The position numbers and the translations under genes are program-made. The notes under the pieces were generated by a model. It did not search any database. It was not told where the DNA came from and saw nothing but the letters and a program-made list of their open reading frames with translations. Shown piece by piece: positions 10,525-20,759 of a stretch of DNA of 64,000 nucleotides. The stretch is from Escherichia coli (GTDB taxonomy: Bacteria > Pseudomonadota > Gammaproteobacteria > Enterobacterales > Enterobacteriaceae): the NCBI RefSeq assembly GCF_002854065.1, contig NZ_CP024147.1; one strand, written 5' to 3'. How positions within the stretch are numbered: position 1 is the first letter of the stretch; the number at the start of each line of letters is the position of its first letter.

Positions 10525-10957
10525 TTTCTTACTCCTTTCACCCAAAAAAAGCGCACAACGACACACGCGTGTCTGACGTGACAAGGATAGTCCAGGACAG
10601 GCTTGCAGGATACCCTTTCTACGTAATCTTCCTGGTAAAATCATGGAGAAAATGAAACAAGGTTAATTTGTTGTTTCATTGTTAAAAAATGATATTGCCG
10701 TTGCCTTTTTTGTAGCCAGAGATTTACGCCTTCGCAGAAGGTTAGATTTTCGAAATCTTTACAAACCAGGAGTGGTAAGAGATATATCGGCATTTATCAG
10801 ATCGTTAGGTGGCTATAAGTCACGCTAAATGACTGGCTGAATCGAATCATAGCCAGAGCATGCCCTGACTTCACCCCGCTGTGTCTGCTTTTCCCGACTA
10901 TTCTTAATGAGCTTCGATGCAATTCACGATCCCGCAGTGTGATTTGAGGAGTTTTCA

Positions 10958-11248
10958 ATGGAATATAAAGATCCAATGCATGAGCTGTTGAGCAGCCTGG
11001 AACAGATTGTTTTTAAAGATGAAACGCAGAAAATTACCCTGACGCACAGAACAACGTCCTGTACCGAAATTGAGCAGTTACGAAAAGGGACAGGATTAAA
11101 AATCGATGATTTCGCCCGGGTTTTGGGCGTATCAGTCGCCATGGTAAAGGAATGGGAATCCAGACGCGTGAAGCCTTCAAGTGCCGAACTAAAATTGATG
11201 CGTTTGATTCAAGCCAACCCGGCATTAAGTAAGCAGTTGATGGAATAG
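10958..11248 (+). CDS. yiaG: XRE-family HTH protein YiaG
   Basis: 96-aa ORF behind a GAGGA Shine-Dalgarno. The C-terminal HTH is LKIDDFARVLGVSVAMVKEWESRRVKPSSAELKLMRLI. Confidence 0.9.
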   Translation: MEYKDPMHELLSSLEQIVFKDETQKITLTHRTTSCTEIEQLRKGTGLKIDDFARVLGVSVAMVKEWESRRVKPSSAELKLMRLIQANPALSKQLME

Positions 11249-11273
11249 ACTTTTATCCACTTTATTGCTGTTT

Positions 11274-11300
11274 ACGGTCCTGATGACAGGACCGTTTTCC
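11274..11300 (+). terminator. yiaG terminator
   Basis: Stem ACGGTCCTG (11274-11282) / CAGGACCGT (11287-11295) followed by TTTT. Confidence 0.75.
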
Positions 11301-11304
11301 AACC

Positions 11305-11369
11305 GATTAATCATAAATATGAAAAATAATTGTTGCATCACCCGCCAATGCGTGGCTTAATGCACATCA
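11305..11369 (+). promoter_or_regulatory. cspA promoter with an AT-rich UP element
   Basis: -35 TTGCAT at 11333-11338, a 17-nt spacer, and -10 CTTAAT at 11356-11361 preceded by TG. An AT-rich tract lies upstream. Confidence 0.75.
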
Positions 11370-11528
11370 ACGGTTTGACGTACAGACCATTAAAGCAGTG
11401 TAGTAAGGCAAGTCCCTTCAAGAGTTATCGTTGATACCCCTCGTAGTGCACATTCCTTTAACGCTTCAAAATCTGTAAAGCACGCCATATCGCCGAAAGG
11501 CACACTTAATTATTAAAGGTAATACACT
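11370..11528 (+). promoter_or_regulatory. cspA long 5' UTR (cold-box / RNA thermosensor leader)
   Basis: A 159-nt leader beginning ACGGTTTGACGTACAGACC..., recognised as the cspA mRNA leader. Confidence 0.8.
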
Positions 11529-11741
11529 ATGTCCGGTAAAATGACTGGTATCGTAAAATGGTTCAACGCTGACAAAGGCTTCGGCTTCATCACTCCTGAC
11601 GATGGCTCTAAAGACGTGTTCGTACACTTCTCTGCTATCCAGAACGATGGTTACAAATCTCTGGACGAAGGTCAGAAAGTGTCCTTCACCATCGAAAGCG
11701 GCGCTAAAGGCCCGGCAGCTGGTAACGTAACCAGCCTGTAA
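11529..11741 (+). CDS. cspA: Major cold shock protein CspA
   Basis: [38 protein letters not shown]... is the CspA sequence as I recall it. Confidence 0.98.
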
Positions 11742-11768
11742 TCTCTGCTTAAAAGCACAGAATCTAAG

Positions 11769-11797
11769 ATCCCTGCCATTTGGCGGGGATTTTTTTA
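11769..11797 (+). terminator. cspA terminator
   Basis: Stem ATCCCTGCC / GGCGGGGAT followed by TTTTTTT (11791-11797). Confidence 0.85.
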
Positions 11798-11928
11798 TTT
11801 GTTTTTCAGGAAATAAATAATCGATCGCGTAATAAAATCTAGTATTATTTTTGTGAAAAATAAATTTGGGTGCAATGAGAATGCGCAACGCCGTAAGAAA
11901 GGCGGGAATAACTTCCCGCCGAAGACTC

Positions 11929-12045
11929 TTACTCTTTCAAATTGCAGGCTAAAAATGCCGCCAGCTCATAACCCCCCTGTTTAATATGCAATTCACACAG
12001 TGAATCTCTTATCATCCAGGTGAAAAATAAAAGCGTGAAACAAAT
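11929..12045 (-). pseudogene. hokA: hokA remnant (Hok/Gef toxin family) lacking its start and about the first 12 codons
   Basis: The minus-strand frame reads ...ICFTLLFFTWMIRDSLCELHIKQGGYELAAFLACNLKE*, which is the Hok family core. There is no in-frame start. The frame hits TAA a few codons upstream of the homology. Confidence 0.75.
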
Positions 12046-12057
12046 GGGTGCAGTACA
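12046..12057 (-). mobile_element. Possible IS3-family (IS150-type) terminal inverted-repeat scar
   Basis: The minus strand reads TGTACTGCACCC fused directly to hokA codon ~13. From memory this matches an IS150 end. In K-12, IS150 sits beside hokA at about this distance from glyS. Confidence 0.35.
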
Positions 12058-12140
12058 CTTTTTGATTTATAGTCAGGTGGGACTTTTCTCTGTCTGCCTT
12101 TCGGTGAATACCTGAGACAAACAGTCTCAAGCACCCGTGG
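12058..12140 (-). other. hok-type mRNA 5' leader remnant
   Basis: The minus strand reads GGGTGCTTGAGACTGTTTGTCTCAGGTATTCACCGAAAGGCAGACAG... It has a TGAGAC/GTCTCA hairpin (12112-12129) resembling the 5' stem of hok mRNAs. The mok/Sok-target segment that should follow is missing. Confidence 0.4.
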
Positions 12141-12264
12141 CTATTCTAGCTTAATAAGTTTGTTTCTTCTCCTTGATATAATCCTAAAAAATCTCATAAA
12201 ATTAATATATGAGATAATCTTTATTCAGCAGAAGATTATTAAAGGTTGCTGTATTATTTAGCGA

Positions 12265-12296
12265 TAAAAAAAGCCTGCCAGATGGCAGGCTTTTTA
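12265..12296. terminator. Bidirectional terminator downstream of glyS
   Basis: AAAAAAGCCTGCCAGATGGCAGGCTTTTT: a perfect stem flanked by an A-run and a T-run. Confidence 0.85.
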
Positions 12297-12308
12297 ATAA
12301 CGGCGTTA

Positions 12309-14378
12309 TTACTGCAACAGCGAAATATCCGCAACGCGCAGGAACAGTTCGCGCAGTTTCTCCAGCATGGTCAGACGGTTGATACGCAATTCTTTGTCAT
12401 CAACCATGACCATCACTTTATCGAAGAAGGCATCGACCGGTTCACGCAGCTCTGCCAGTTCGACCAGCGCATCCTGGTAACGACCTTCCGCAAAGTACGG
12501 CTCCAGCTTGTCACGTAGCACCACAACCTGCATCGCCAGTTTAATTTCTTCCGGCTCTTTCAGAGTAGAGGCATTCACGCGATCGCTCAGCACTTCGTCA
12601 GATTTCGCCAGGATGTTAGATACACGTTTGTTCGCCGCCGCCAGTGCTGCAGCTGCTTCCAGGGTACGGAAGTGCGATACCGCTTTCATGCGGGCATCGA
12701 AATCAGCCGGACGAGTCGGACGACGCGCCAGTACCGCCTGGATGGTGTCAACGGTATAACCTTCGTCCTGATACCAGGCGCGGAAGCGACCGAGCATAAA
12801 GTCGATAACATCATCAACTACGTTGGCATTAGTCAGCTTATCGCCATACAGACGCACCGCTTCTTCGGTCAGCGTTTGCAGATCAAGGTTGAGGTTCTTC
12901 TCAACGATAATTCGCAGCACGCCAAGTGCGGCACGACGCAGCGCAAACGGGTCTTTGTCGCCTTTCGGATGCTGACCGATACCGAAGATACCCGCCAGAG
13001 TATCCATCTTATCAGCAATCGCCAGCGCACAAGCTACCGGGTTGGACGGCAGGTCATCACCGGCAAAGCGCGGCTGATACTGCTCATTCAGCGCGACGGC
13101 TACGTCTTCCGCTTCGCCATCGTGACGCGCGTAGTGCATCCCCATAACGCCTTGGGTGTCGGTGAACTCGAAGACCATGTTGGTCATCAGGTCACACTTA
13201 GACAGCAGGCCCGCACGGGTTGCGTGGTTAACGTCAGCGCCAATCTGTTCGGCGATCCAGCCAGCCAGCGCCTGGATGCGGTCAGTTTTGTCACGCAGCG
13301 TACCCAGCTGTTGCTGGAACAGCACGGTTTGCAGACGCGGCAGGTTATCTTCCAGACGTTTTTTACGGTCGGTGTTGAAGAAGAACTCGGCATCAGCCAG
13401 ACGTGGACGAACGACTTTCTCGTTACCAGAGATAATTTGCTGCGGATCTTTCGATTCGATGTTGGCAACGAAGATAAAGTTCGGCAGCAGTTTGCCGTCG
13501 TTCGCATACACCGGGAAGTACTTCTGGTCACCTTTCATGGTGTAAACCAGTGCTTCAGACGGCACCGCGAGGAATTTCTCTTCAAATTTCGCGGTTAGAA
13601 CGACCGGCCACTCCACCAGCGAAGCCACTTCTTCCAGCAGGCTTTCGCTTAAGTCAGCGTTACCGCCAATCTTACGCGCTGCTTCTTCGGCATCGGCTTT
13701 AATCTTCGCCTTACGTTCTTCGTAATCGGCGATGACTTTCCCACGCTCACGCAGAATTTCCGGATACTGATCGGCGTTATCGATGGTGAATTCCGGCTCG
13801 CCCATAAAGCGGTGGCCGCGAATCACGCGATCGGACTGAATGCCCAGAATGGTTGCAGGAATGACTTTGTCGCCCAGCAGCAGGGTCACGGTGTGCACCG
13901 GACGCACGAAGTGCACGTCGCTTGCACCCCAGCGCATCAGTTTCGGAATCGGCAGTTTCGCCAGCGAAGTCGCAACCATATTCGGCAGCAGTGCTTCAGT
14001 GCTTTCGCCCTTCACATGGGCGCGATACAGCAGCCATTCGCCTTTATCGGTAGTCAGACGCTCAGCCTGGTCAACGGTAATACCGCAACCACGCGCCCAA
14101 CCTTCTGCCGCTTTGCTCGGTTTGCCTTCAGCGTCGAACGCCTGGGCAATCGCCGGGCCGCGTTTTTCGATTTCACGATCCGGTTGCGCTTCCGCCAGGT
14201 TAGCTACTTTCAGCGCCAGACGACGCGGAGCAGCAAACCATTGAACGGTGCCGTGTGCGAGGCCAGCGTTATCCAGCTCCGCAGTAAAGTTCGCAGCAAA
14301 GGACTCTGCCAGGCTGCGCAGTGCTTTTGGTGGCAGCTCTTCAGTGCCGATTTCCACCAGAAAAGTTTTCTCAGACAT
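12309..14378 (-). CDS. glyS: Glycine--tRNA ligase beta subunit
   Basis: 689-aa [30 protein letters not shown]..., recognised as GlyS. Confidence 0.97.
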   Translation of the reverse strand: MSEKTFLVEIGTEELPPKALRSLAESFAANFTAELDNAGLAHGTVQWFAAPRRLALKVANLAEAQPDREIEKRGPAIAQAFDAEGKPSKAAEGWARGCGITVDQAERLTTDKGEWLLYRAHVKGESTEALLPNMVATSLAKLPIPKLMRWGASDVHFVRPVHTVTLLLGDKVIPATILGIQSDRVIRGHRFMGEPEFTIDNADQYPEILRERGKVIADYEERKAKIKADAEEAARKIGGNADLSESLLEEVASLVEWPVVLTAKFEEKFLAVPSEALVYTMKGDQKYFPVYANDGKLLPNFIFVANIESKDPQQIISGNEKVVRPRLADAEFFFNTDRKKRLEDNLPRLQTVLFQQQLGTLRDKTDRIQALAGWIAEQIGADVNHATRAGLLSKCDLMTNMVFEFTDTQGVMGMHYARHDGEAEDVAVALNEQYQPRFAGDDLPSNPVACALAIADKMDTLAGIFGIGQHPKGDKDPFALRRAALGVLRIIVEKNLNLDLQTLTEEAVRLYGDKLTNANVVDDVIDFMLGRFRAWYQDEGYTVDTIQAVLARRPTRPADFDARMKAVSHFRTLEAAAALAAANKRVSNILAKSDEVLSDRVNASTLKEPEEIKLAMQVVVLRDKLEPYFAEGRYQDALVELAELREPVDAFFDKVMVMVDDKELRINRLTMLEKLRELFLRVADISLLQ

Positions 14379-14387
14379 AGCCGCCTC

Positions 14388-15299
14388 TTACTTATCTTTG
14401 TTGCACATCGGGAAGCCGAGGGCTTCACGGGAAGCGTAATATGCTTCTGCCACTGCTTTGGTCAGGGTGCGAATGCGCAGAATGTAGCGCTGACGCTCGG
14501 TGACGGAGATGGCTTTACGCGCATCCAGCAGGTTGAAGCTGTGGGCGGCTTTCAGAATACGCTCGTAAGCTGGCAGCGGCAGCGGATTTTCCAGCGCCAG
14601 CAGCTGCTGCGCTTCTTTCTCGTACTGCTCAAAGCAGGTGAACAGGAAGTCCACGTCCGCGTATTCGAAGTTGTAAGTGGACTGCTCCACTTCGTTCTGA
14701 TGGAACACGTCGCCGTAGGTGGTTTTACCCAGCGGGCCGTCGCTCCAGACCAGGTCGTAAACGCTGTCTACGCCCTGAATGTACATGGCCAGACGTTCCA
14801 GACCGTAGGTGATCTCGCCGGTAACCGGTTTACACTCCAGACCACCAACCTGCTGGAAGTAAGTGAACTGCGTCACTTCCATGCCGTTTAGCCACACTTC
14901 CCAGCCCAGTCCCCAGGCACCCAGCGTCGGGTTTTCCCAGTTATCTTCCACGAAACGGATATCGTGGATAGTCGGGTCCATGCCCAGCTCTTTCAGAGAA
15001 CCAAGGTACAGCTCCTGAATATTGTCCGGCGATGGCTTAATGACCACCTGGAACTGATAGTAGTGCTGTAAACGGTTGGGGTTTTCGCCGTAGCGACCAT
15101 CGGTCGGGCGACGAGAAGGCTGAACATAAGCAGCCGCCATCGGTTCTGGCCCCAGCGCGCGCAGACAGGTCATTGGGTGAGAGGTTCCCGCGCCGACTTC
15201 CATGTCCAATGGTTGAACAATGGTGCAGCCCTGGCGAGCCCAGTAATCCTGTAAGGTCAGGATCAAGCCCTGGAAGGTCCTGGTATCAAACTTTTGCAT
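14388..15299 (-). CDS. glyQ: Glycine--tRNA ligase alpha subunit
   Basis: 303-aa [42 protein letters not shown]..., recognised as GlyQ. It ends 9 nt upstream of glyS. Confidence 0.97.
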
Positions 15300-15393
15300 A
15301 TTATTTCGTGCTGGATACGTGTGGATTTAAAGGAAGGGATCAGTATACCCGCTGGATGGAAGATATACAGTATGAAACGGGAAAAAGCAGGGC

Positions 15394-15693
15394 TTAACGC
15401 ATGGAAAGATGCAAAAAATGGCCATCTGCGTCAAAAGAACAGACAAACTGCTCTTTACGGAAGGTATAACCGCGCATTTCATAGCTTCCCTGGAACTGTT
15501 CGAAGGCGGTGACGTCGATTTTTTGCTCGCCGGTGTTATAACGTTTTGCCGCCTGATCCTTGCATAACGCTTCCATATTCAACGAACGCAGAGGATCAAC
15601 CTTTACCCGTTGTGCTTTCTGCACGGGTGACGGTGTAGAACAACCCACTAGCACCATAAGCGCCATTGCCGGAAAGAAAGCGTTCATCATCAT
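15394..15693 (-). CDS. ysaB: Lipoprotein YsaB
   Basis: 99-aa ORF with lipobox LVGC, located upstream of glyQ as in K-12. Confidence 0.85.
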   Translation of the reverse strand: MMMNAFFPAMALMVLVGCSTPSPVQKAQRVKVDPLRSLNMEALCKDQAAKRYNTGEQKIDVTAFEQFQGSYEMRGYTFRKEQFVCSFDADGHFLHLSMR

Positions 15694-15867
15694 TAAATTA
15701 CCGTCTGGTTTGCAGGTGAGTCTTATTATTTATATCGGTATAGTGGCTGATATCTTACGAATTTCCTTAAGCCTCTATAAGCTGTAGTGTTAAAACTCAG
15801 ATTATTCCAGTGCGCCAACTGAATGATTTATCGGTCAGACTTTTTTTAACCAGATACAGAGACACAG

Positions 15868-16863
15868 ATGCAGCCCAAAATTTACTGGATTGATAACCTG
15901 CGAGGGATAGCGTGTTTAATGGTGGTGATGATTCACACCACTACCTGGTATGTGACCAATGCTCATAGTGTTAGCCCCGTCACCTGGGATATCGCCAATG
16001 TTCTGAACTCTGCCTCTCGTGTCAGCGTGCCGCTATTTTTCATGATTTCCGGCTATCTCTTTTTTGGCGAACGCAGCGCCCAGCCGCGCCATTTCTTGCG
16101 TATCGGCTTATGTCTGTTTTTTTATAGCGCAATCGCGCTGCTCTACATTGCACTGTTTACCTCCATTAATGTGGAGTTAGCGCTGAAAAACCTGCTGCAA
16201 AAGCCAGTGTTTTACCACTTATGGTTTTTCTTCGCGATTGCGGTGATTTATCTGGTTTCACCGCTGATTCAGGTGAAGAACGTCGGCGGAAAAATGTTGC
16301 TGGTGCTAATGGTGGTGATTGGTATCATCGCTAACCCAAACACCGTGCCGCAGAAAATCGACGGTTTTGAATGGCTGCCAATTAACTTATATATCAATGG
16401 CGATACTTTTTACTACATTCTGTATGGCATGTTGGGCCGCGCTTTAGGGATGATGGACACACAGCATAAAGCACTGTCGTGGGTGAGCGCCGCACTGTTT
16501 GCGACGGGAGTTTTTATTATCTCTCGCGGGACATTATATGAATTGCAGTGGCGCGGAAATTTTGCCGATACCTGGTATCTTTACTGTGGGCCGATGGTTT
16601 TTATCTGCGCAATCGCGCTATTGACTCTGGTTAAAAACACGCTGGATACGCGTACCATTCGCGGACTTGGCTTAATCTCCCGCCATTCGTTGGGTATATA
16701 CGGATTCCACGCCTTGATTATCCATGCGCTGCGCACCCGGGGAATTGAGCTTAAAAATTGGCCAATACTGGATATTATTTGGATTTTTTGCGCGACGTTG
16801 GCAGCGAGTTTGTTACTTTCTATGCTGGTACAACGAATCGACAGAAACAGATTAGTGAGTTAA
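15868..16863 (+). CDS. wecH: Acyltransferase-3 family membrane protein (ECA O-acetyltransferase WecH/YiaH)
   Basis: 331-aa polytopic [26 protein letters not shown]... (acyltransferase_3 N-terminal motif). Confidence 0.88.
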   Translation: MQPKIYWIDNLRGIACLMVVMIHTTTWYVTNAHSVSPVTWDIANVLNSASRVSVPLFFMISGYLFFGERSAQPRHFLRIGLCLFFYSAIALLYIALFTSINVELALKNLLQKPVFYHLWFFFAIAVIYLVSPLIQVKNVGGKMLLVLMVVIGIIANPNTVPQKIDGFEWLPINLYINGDTFYYILYGMLGRALGMMDTQHKALSWVSAALFATGVFIISRGTLYELQWRGNFADTWYLYCGPMVFICAIALLTLVKNTLDTRTIRGLGLISRHSLGIYGFHALIIHALRTRGIELKNWPILDIIWIFCATLAASLLLSMLVQRIDRNRLVS

Positions 16864-16865
16864 GT

Positions 16866-16900
16866 AAAAGCCCGGTCACATTGGACTGACCGGGCTTACG
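16866..16900. terminator. Hairpin terminator between the convergent wecH and yiaA
   Basis: Stem AGCCCGGTCA (16869-16878) / TGACCGGGCT (16887-16896). Confidence 0.65.
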
Positions 16901-17421
16901 TGAGTTATTCGCTGTATTCTTCCTGGGTAACCTGTGTTTCTTTTGGTGGGTTTATTCCGGCATCACGAATATTTTTCTGCACCGCTACTGCACCAAACAA
17001 GCTTAAGAAGAAAGCCAGTCCATAAAAACCTTTTTCGCTGAGTAATAATGTCGCATTCCACAGACCTACCATCAGTAATGCAACAGAGATAATAAAGACA
17101 GTCAGGCAGGTCATATAATAAATGGAAGTGGTCGGTATGCCTTCATACTTGTCCCGAACAGTCTTTTGATAAGACGCCGCAGAAAACAGTCCTAATACCA
17201 GTACGGCAAAATAATATCCTTTTTCATTTAACTGCATCTCTGCATTCCATAGCCCTAACAGATAGGTAACGATACCACCAACGAGAGCTATCCATGACAC
17301 AATACTAAAGGCCGGTGAATAGGTTGATATTAGACTGGCCCCCTGAATCTCCAGACAACCAATATCACTTAAATAAGTGATAGTCTTAATACTAGTTTTT
17401 AGACTAGTCATTGGAGAACAG

Positions 17422-17787
17422 ATGATTGATGTCTTAGGGCCGGAGAAACGCAGACGGCGTACCACACAGGAAAAGATCGCAATTGTTCAGCAGAGCTTTG
17501 AACCGGGGATGACGGTCTCCCTCGTTGCCCGGCAACATGGTGTAGCAGCCAGCCAGTTATTTCTCTGGCGTAAGCAATACCAGGAAGGAAGTCTTACTGC
17601 TGTCGCCGCCGGAGAACAGGTTGTTCCTGCCTCTGAACTTGCTGCCGCCATGAAGCAGATTAAAGAACTCCAGCGCCTGCTCGGCAAGAAAACGATGGAA
17701 AATGAACTCCTCAAAGAAGCCGTTGAATATGGACGGGCAAAAAAGTGGATAGCGCACGCGCCCTTATTGCCCGGGGATGGGGAGTAA
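17422..17787 (+). CDS. insC: IS2 InsC
   Basis: [56 protein letters not shown]... behind GGAGA. Recognised as IS2 OrfA. Confidence 0.95.
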
Positions 17788-18650
17788 GCTTAGTCAGCCG
17801 TTGTCTCCGGGTGTCGCGTGCGCAGTTGCACGTCATTCTCAGACGAACCGATGACTGGATGGATGGCCGCCGCAGTCGTCACACTGATGATACGGATGTG
17901 CTTCTCCGTATACACCATGTTATCGGAGAGCTGCCCACGTATGGTTATCGTCGGGTATGGGCGCTGCTTCGCAGACAGGCAGAACTTGATGGTATGCCTG
18001 CGATCAATGCCAAACGTGTTTACCGGATCATGCGCCAGAATGCGCTGTTGCTTGAGCGAAAACCTGCTGTACCGCCATCGAAACGGGCACATACAGGCAG
18101 AGTGGCCGTGAAAGAAAGCAATCAGCGATGGTGCTCTGACGGGTTCGAGTTCTGCTGTGATAACGGAGAGAGACTGCGTGTCACGTTCGCGCTGGACTGC
18201 TGTGATCGTGAGGCACTGCACTGGGCGGTCACTACCGGCGGCTTCAACAGTGAAACAGTACAGGACGTCATGCTGGGAGCGGTGGAACGCCGCTTCGGCA
18301 ACGATCTTCCGTCGTCTCCAGTGGAGTGGCTGACGGATAATGGTTCATGCTACCGGGCTAATGAAACACGCCAGTTCGCCCGGATGTTGGGACTTGAACC
18401 GAAGAACACGGCGGTGCGGAGTCCGGAGAGTAACGGAATAGCAGAGAGCTTCGTGAAAACGATAAAGCGTGACTACATCAGTATCATGCCCAAACCAGAC
18501 GGGTTAACGGCAGCAAAGAACCTTGCAGAGGCGTTCGAGCATTATAACGAATGGCATCCGCATAGTGCGCTGGGTTATCGCTCGCCACGGGAATATCTGC
18601 GGCAGCGGGCTTGTAATGGGTTAAGTGATAACAGATGTCTGGAAATATAG
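17745..18650 (+). CDS. insD: IS2 InsD frame (DDE integrase domain, made as an InsCD fusion by a -1 frameshift)
   Basis: ...WCSDGFEF...WLTDNGSCY...[11 protein letters not shown]... (DDE motif). The A6G slippery site is at 17739-17745. Confidence 0.93.
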
Positions 18651-18723
18651 GGGCAAATCCAGATATTTTGTTGTCCATCACAGTATTCCTTTCATTCCTG
18701 AATGTGTAAGAGCTTTATATTGC

Positions 18724-19065
18724 TCATACCGAGCGAAACAAACGCATTTGACCAAACAAGCAGACAAAAAAGGCGATGGGGTAGATCACCATTTCATAAG
18801 CATTGATAGGTGCATTTAAAACACCGATAAACAAGAGACCGATAGTGATTAACGCAACTAACTGGCAAATATGGGTAAAAAAATTATCCAGTTGCCCGCG
18901 TTTTTCTGCGCGAAGATATGCATAGTTGCCAAAAGTTGCTGTCATTAACACGCCAAGAAAATAGCCTTTTCCACTCAACAATGGGCATGAGATCCATAGC
19001 CCAACCAGATAAACCAGCGCCCCGACAACAAATAATAGTTTTGCCACAGTTTTTGAGGTTTTCAT
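18724..19065 (-). CDS. yiaB: Small inner-membrane protein YiaB (YiaA/YiaB family)
   Basis: MKTSKTVAKLLFVVGALVYLVGLWISCPLLSGKGYFLG..., 113 aa. Start trimmed to ATG 19065. Confidence 0.88.
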   Translation of the reverse strand: MKTSKTVAKLLFVVGALVYLVGLWISCPLLSGKGYFLGVLMTATFGNYAYLRAEKRGQLDNFFTHICQLVALITIGLLFIGVLNAPINAYEMVIYPIAFFVCLFGQMRLFRSV

Positions 19066-19233
19066 AACGATCTCCATATCTACCAGCGATACATTACGAG
19101 TAACCAACGAAAGACAAAACTGAAAAATGCCATTAACAAATGATTTTCAGAATAAATTCATACTAAATATTAATTAATTACTGAGATATATAGATGTGAA
19201 TTATCCCCCACCCGGTCAGGCAGGGGATAACGT

Positions 19234-20688
19234 TTACGCCATTAATGGCAGAAGTTGCTGATAGAGGCGACGGAACGTTTCTCGTCGTGGCTGATAAGCG
19301 GCATAACGCTGCGCATCTGGTAGATGCGACTGTTCTAACGGTAGCTGCGGCAACAACTCAATGAGCGATTTCTCTGGATTCGCCGCAATCTGCGCCAGCC
19401 TTGCTGCGCCCAGTGCTGGCCCCACATCCCCCCCCGTACGGTAATCGAGCTGCTGACCGCTGATATCCGCCAGCATCTGACGCCAGTACTCACTACGCGC
19501 CCCGCCACCAATCAACGTAACACTTTGCGGTTTAATGCCGCAGGCATGCACGACATCCATGCCATCTGCCAGCGCATAACCCACGCCTTCCAGCACTGCT
19601 CGCGCCAGTTCATTGGGGCCATGTTGATGAGTCAAACCAAAGAAAACCCCCTTCGCCTGGGGATTATTGTGTGGCGTACGCTCGCCGGAAAGATAAGGCA
19701 GAAACCAAACTGGCTCGGCACTTTCATCAGCCTGTTGAGCTGCAGCGATTAAAGCTGGGACATTGCTCAGGCCGGTTAATTTCGCGGCCCAATCCAGACA
19801 TGACGCTGCACTCAGCATTACAGACATTAAATGCCAACGCTGCGGTAGCGCATGGCAAAAGCTGTGTACGGCGCTTTCTGGCTTGCTTAAAAACCCTTCG
19901 CTGACAGCAAAATAGACCCCCGACGTCCCCAGCGATAACATTGCCTGATTAGCATCAACCATTCCCACACCAACCGCACCAGCTGCATTGTCGCCACCGC
20001 CTGCGATAACTGGCACCGCCGCCATACCCCACGCTTTCGCAATTTCAGGTAACAAAGCACCAGTAATTTCGCTGCCTTCGTATAATGCGGGCATCTGGTC
20101 ACGAGATAAGTCGCAAGCCTGCAGCATGACGTCACTCCAGTCACGCTTTGCGACATCCAGCCACATGGTGCCAGCTGCGTCAGACATATCGCTGGCAAAC
20201 TCCCCCGTCATACGCAGACGCAAGTAATCTTTCGGTAATAATACTTTGTCGATTTGACGGAATATCTCCGGCTCATGCCGCTGGATCCATAGCAATTTAG
20301 GCGCAGTAAATCCGGGCATCATCAGATTGCCGGTAATCACTCGTGATTGCGGAACTCTCGCTTCCAGCAAAGTGCACTCTTGCGCACAGCGCCCGTCGTT
20401 CCACAAAATGGCAGGGCGCAATACCCGTTGTTGAGCATCCAGTAAGGTTGCTCCATGCATCTGGCCGGCAATACCCAATGCTTTAACGTCCTGCAGAGAA
20501 TGCTGATCGCCCAGAGCTTTCATTGCGCGATCAGTTGCCTGCCACCACTGTTCCGGGTCTTGTTCCGACCAGAGTGGATGCGGGCGCGAAACGGTCAGCT
20601 TTTCCGTTTGCGAAGCAACCACCTCACCCTGCTCGTTAAGCAAAATAACTTTTACGCCCGAGGTGCCAAGATCTATCCCGATATACAT
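19234..20688 (-). CDS. xylB: Xylulokinase
   Basis: 484-aa ORF MYIGIDLGTSGVKVILLNEQGEVVASQTEKL..., recognised as XylB. Confidence 0.97.
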   Translation of the reverse strand: MYIGIDLGTSGVKVILLNEQGEVVASQTEKLTVSRPHPLWSEQDPEQWWQATDRAMKALGDQHSLQDVKALGIAGQMHGATLLDAQQRVLRPAILWNDGRCAQECTLLEARVPQSRVITGNLMMPGFTAPKLLWIQRHEPEIFRQIDKVLLPKDYLRLRMTGEFASDMSDAAGTMWLDVAKRDWSDVMLQACDLSRDQMPALYEGSEITGALLPEIAKAWGMAAVPVIAGGGDNAAGAVGVGMVDANQAMLSLGTSGVYFAVSEGFLSKPESAVHSFCHALPQRWHLMSVMLSAASCLDWAAKLTGLSNVPALIAAAQQADESAEPVWFLPYLSGERTPHNNPQAKGVFFGLTHQHGPNELARAVLEGVGYALADGMDVVHACGIKPQSVTLIGGGARSEYWRQMLADISGQQLDYRTGGDVGPALGAARLAQIAANPEKSLIELLPQLPLEQSHLPDAQRYAAYQPRRETFRRLYQQLLPLMA

Positions 20689-20759
20689 ATCGATCGTTCC
20701 TTAAAAAAATGCCCGGTATCGCTACCGATAACCGGGCCAACGGACTGCACAGTTAGCCG

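Larger units (their letters stand above)
17331..18661 (+). mobile_element. IS2 (1331 bp)
   Basis: The ends are TAGACTGGCCCCCTGAATCTCCAGACA... and ...TGTCTGGAAATATAGGGGCAAATCCA. The 5-bp target duplication GATAT is at 17326-17330 and 18662-18666. It contains insC and insD. Confidence 0.96.
16905..18678 (-). pseudogene. yiaA: yiaA interrupted by IS2 after codon 6
   Basis: ATG at 18678 encodes MDNKIS, then IS2 follows. The frame resumes at 17330 ([28 protein letters not shown]...EEYSE). The 186-aa ORF in the track is an IS2-yiaA chimera. Confidence 0.9.

Noticed and set aside
12672-14891. Long plus-strand ORFs (308 aa at 12672-13598, 359 aa at 13812-14891, and several shorter ones) opposite glyS and glyQ.
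   Set aside because: They lie entirely antisense to two unambiguous, highly conserved tRNA-ligase genes. Their composition is low-complexity and Arg/Gln/His-rich, and they have no recognisable motifs. They are shadow ORFs of GC-rich coding sequence.
16905-17465. 186-aa ORF that looks like an enlarged YiaA.
   Set aside because: Its first ~45 codons are read antisense out of the IS2 left end and insC. It is a junction chimera created by the insertion, with no promoter or RBS evidence.
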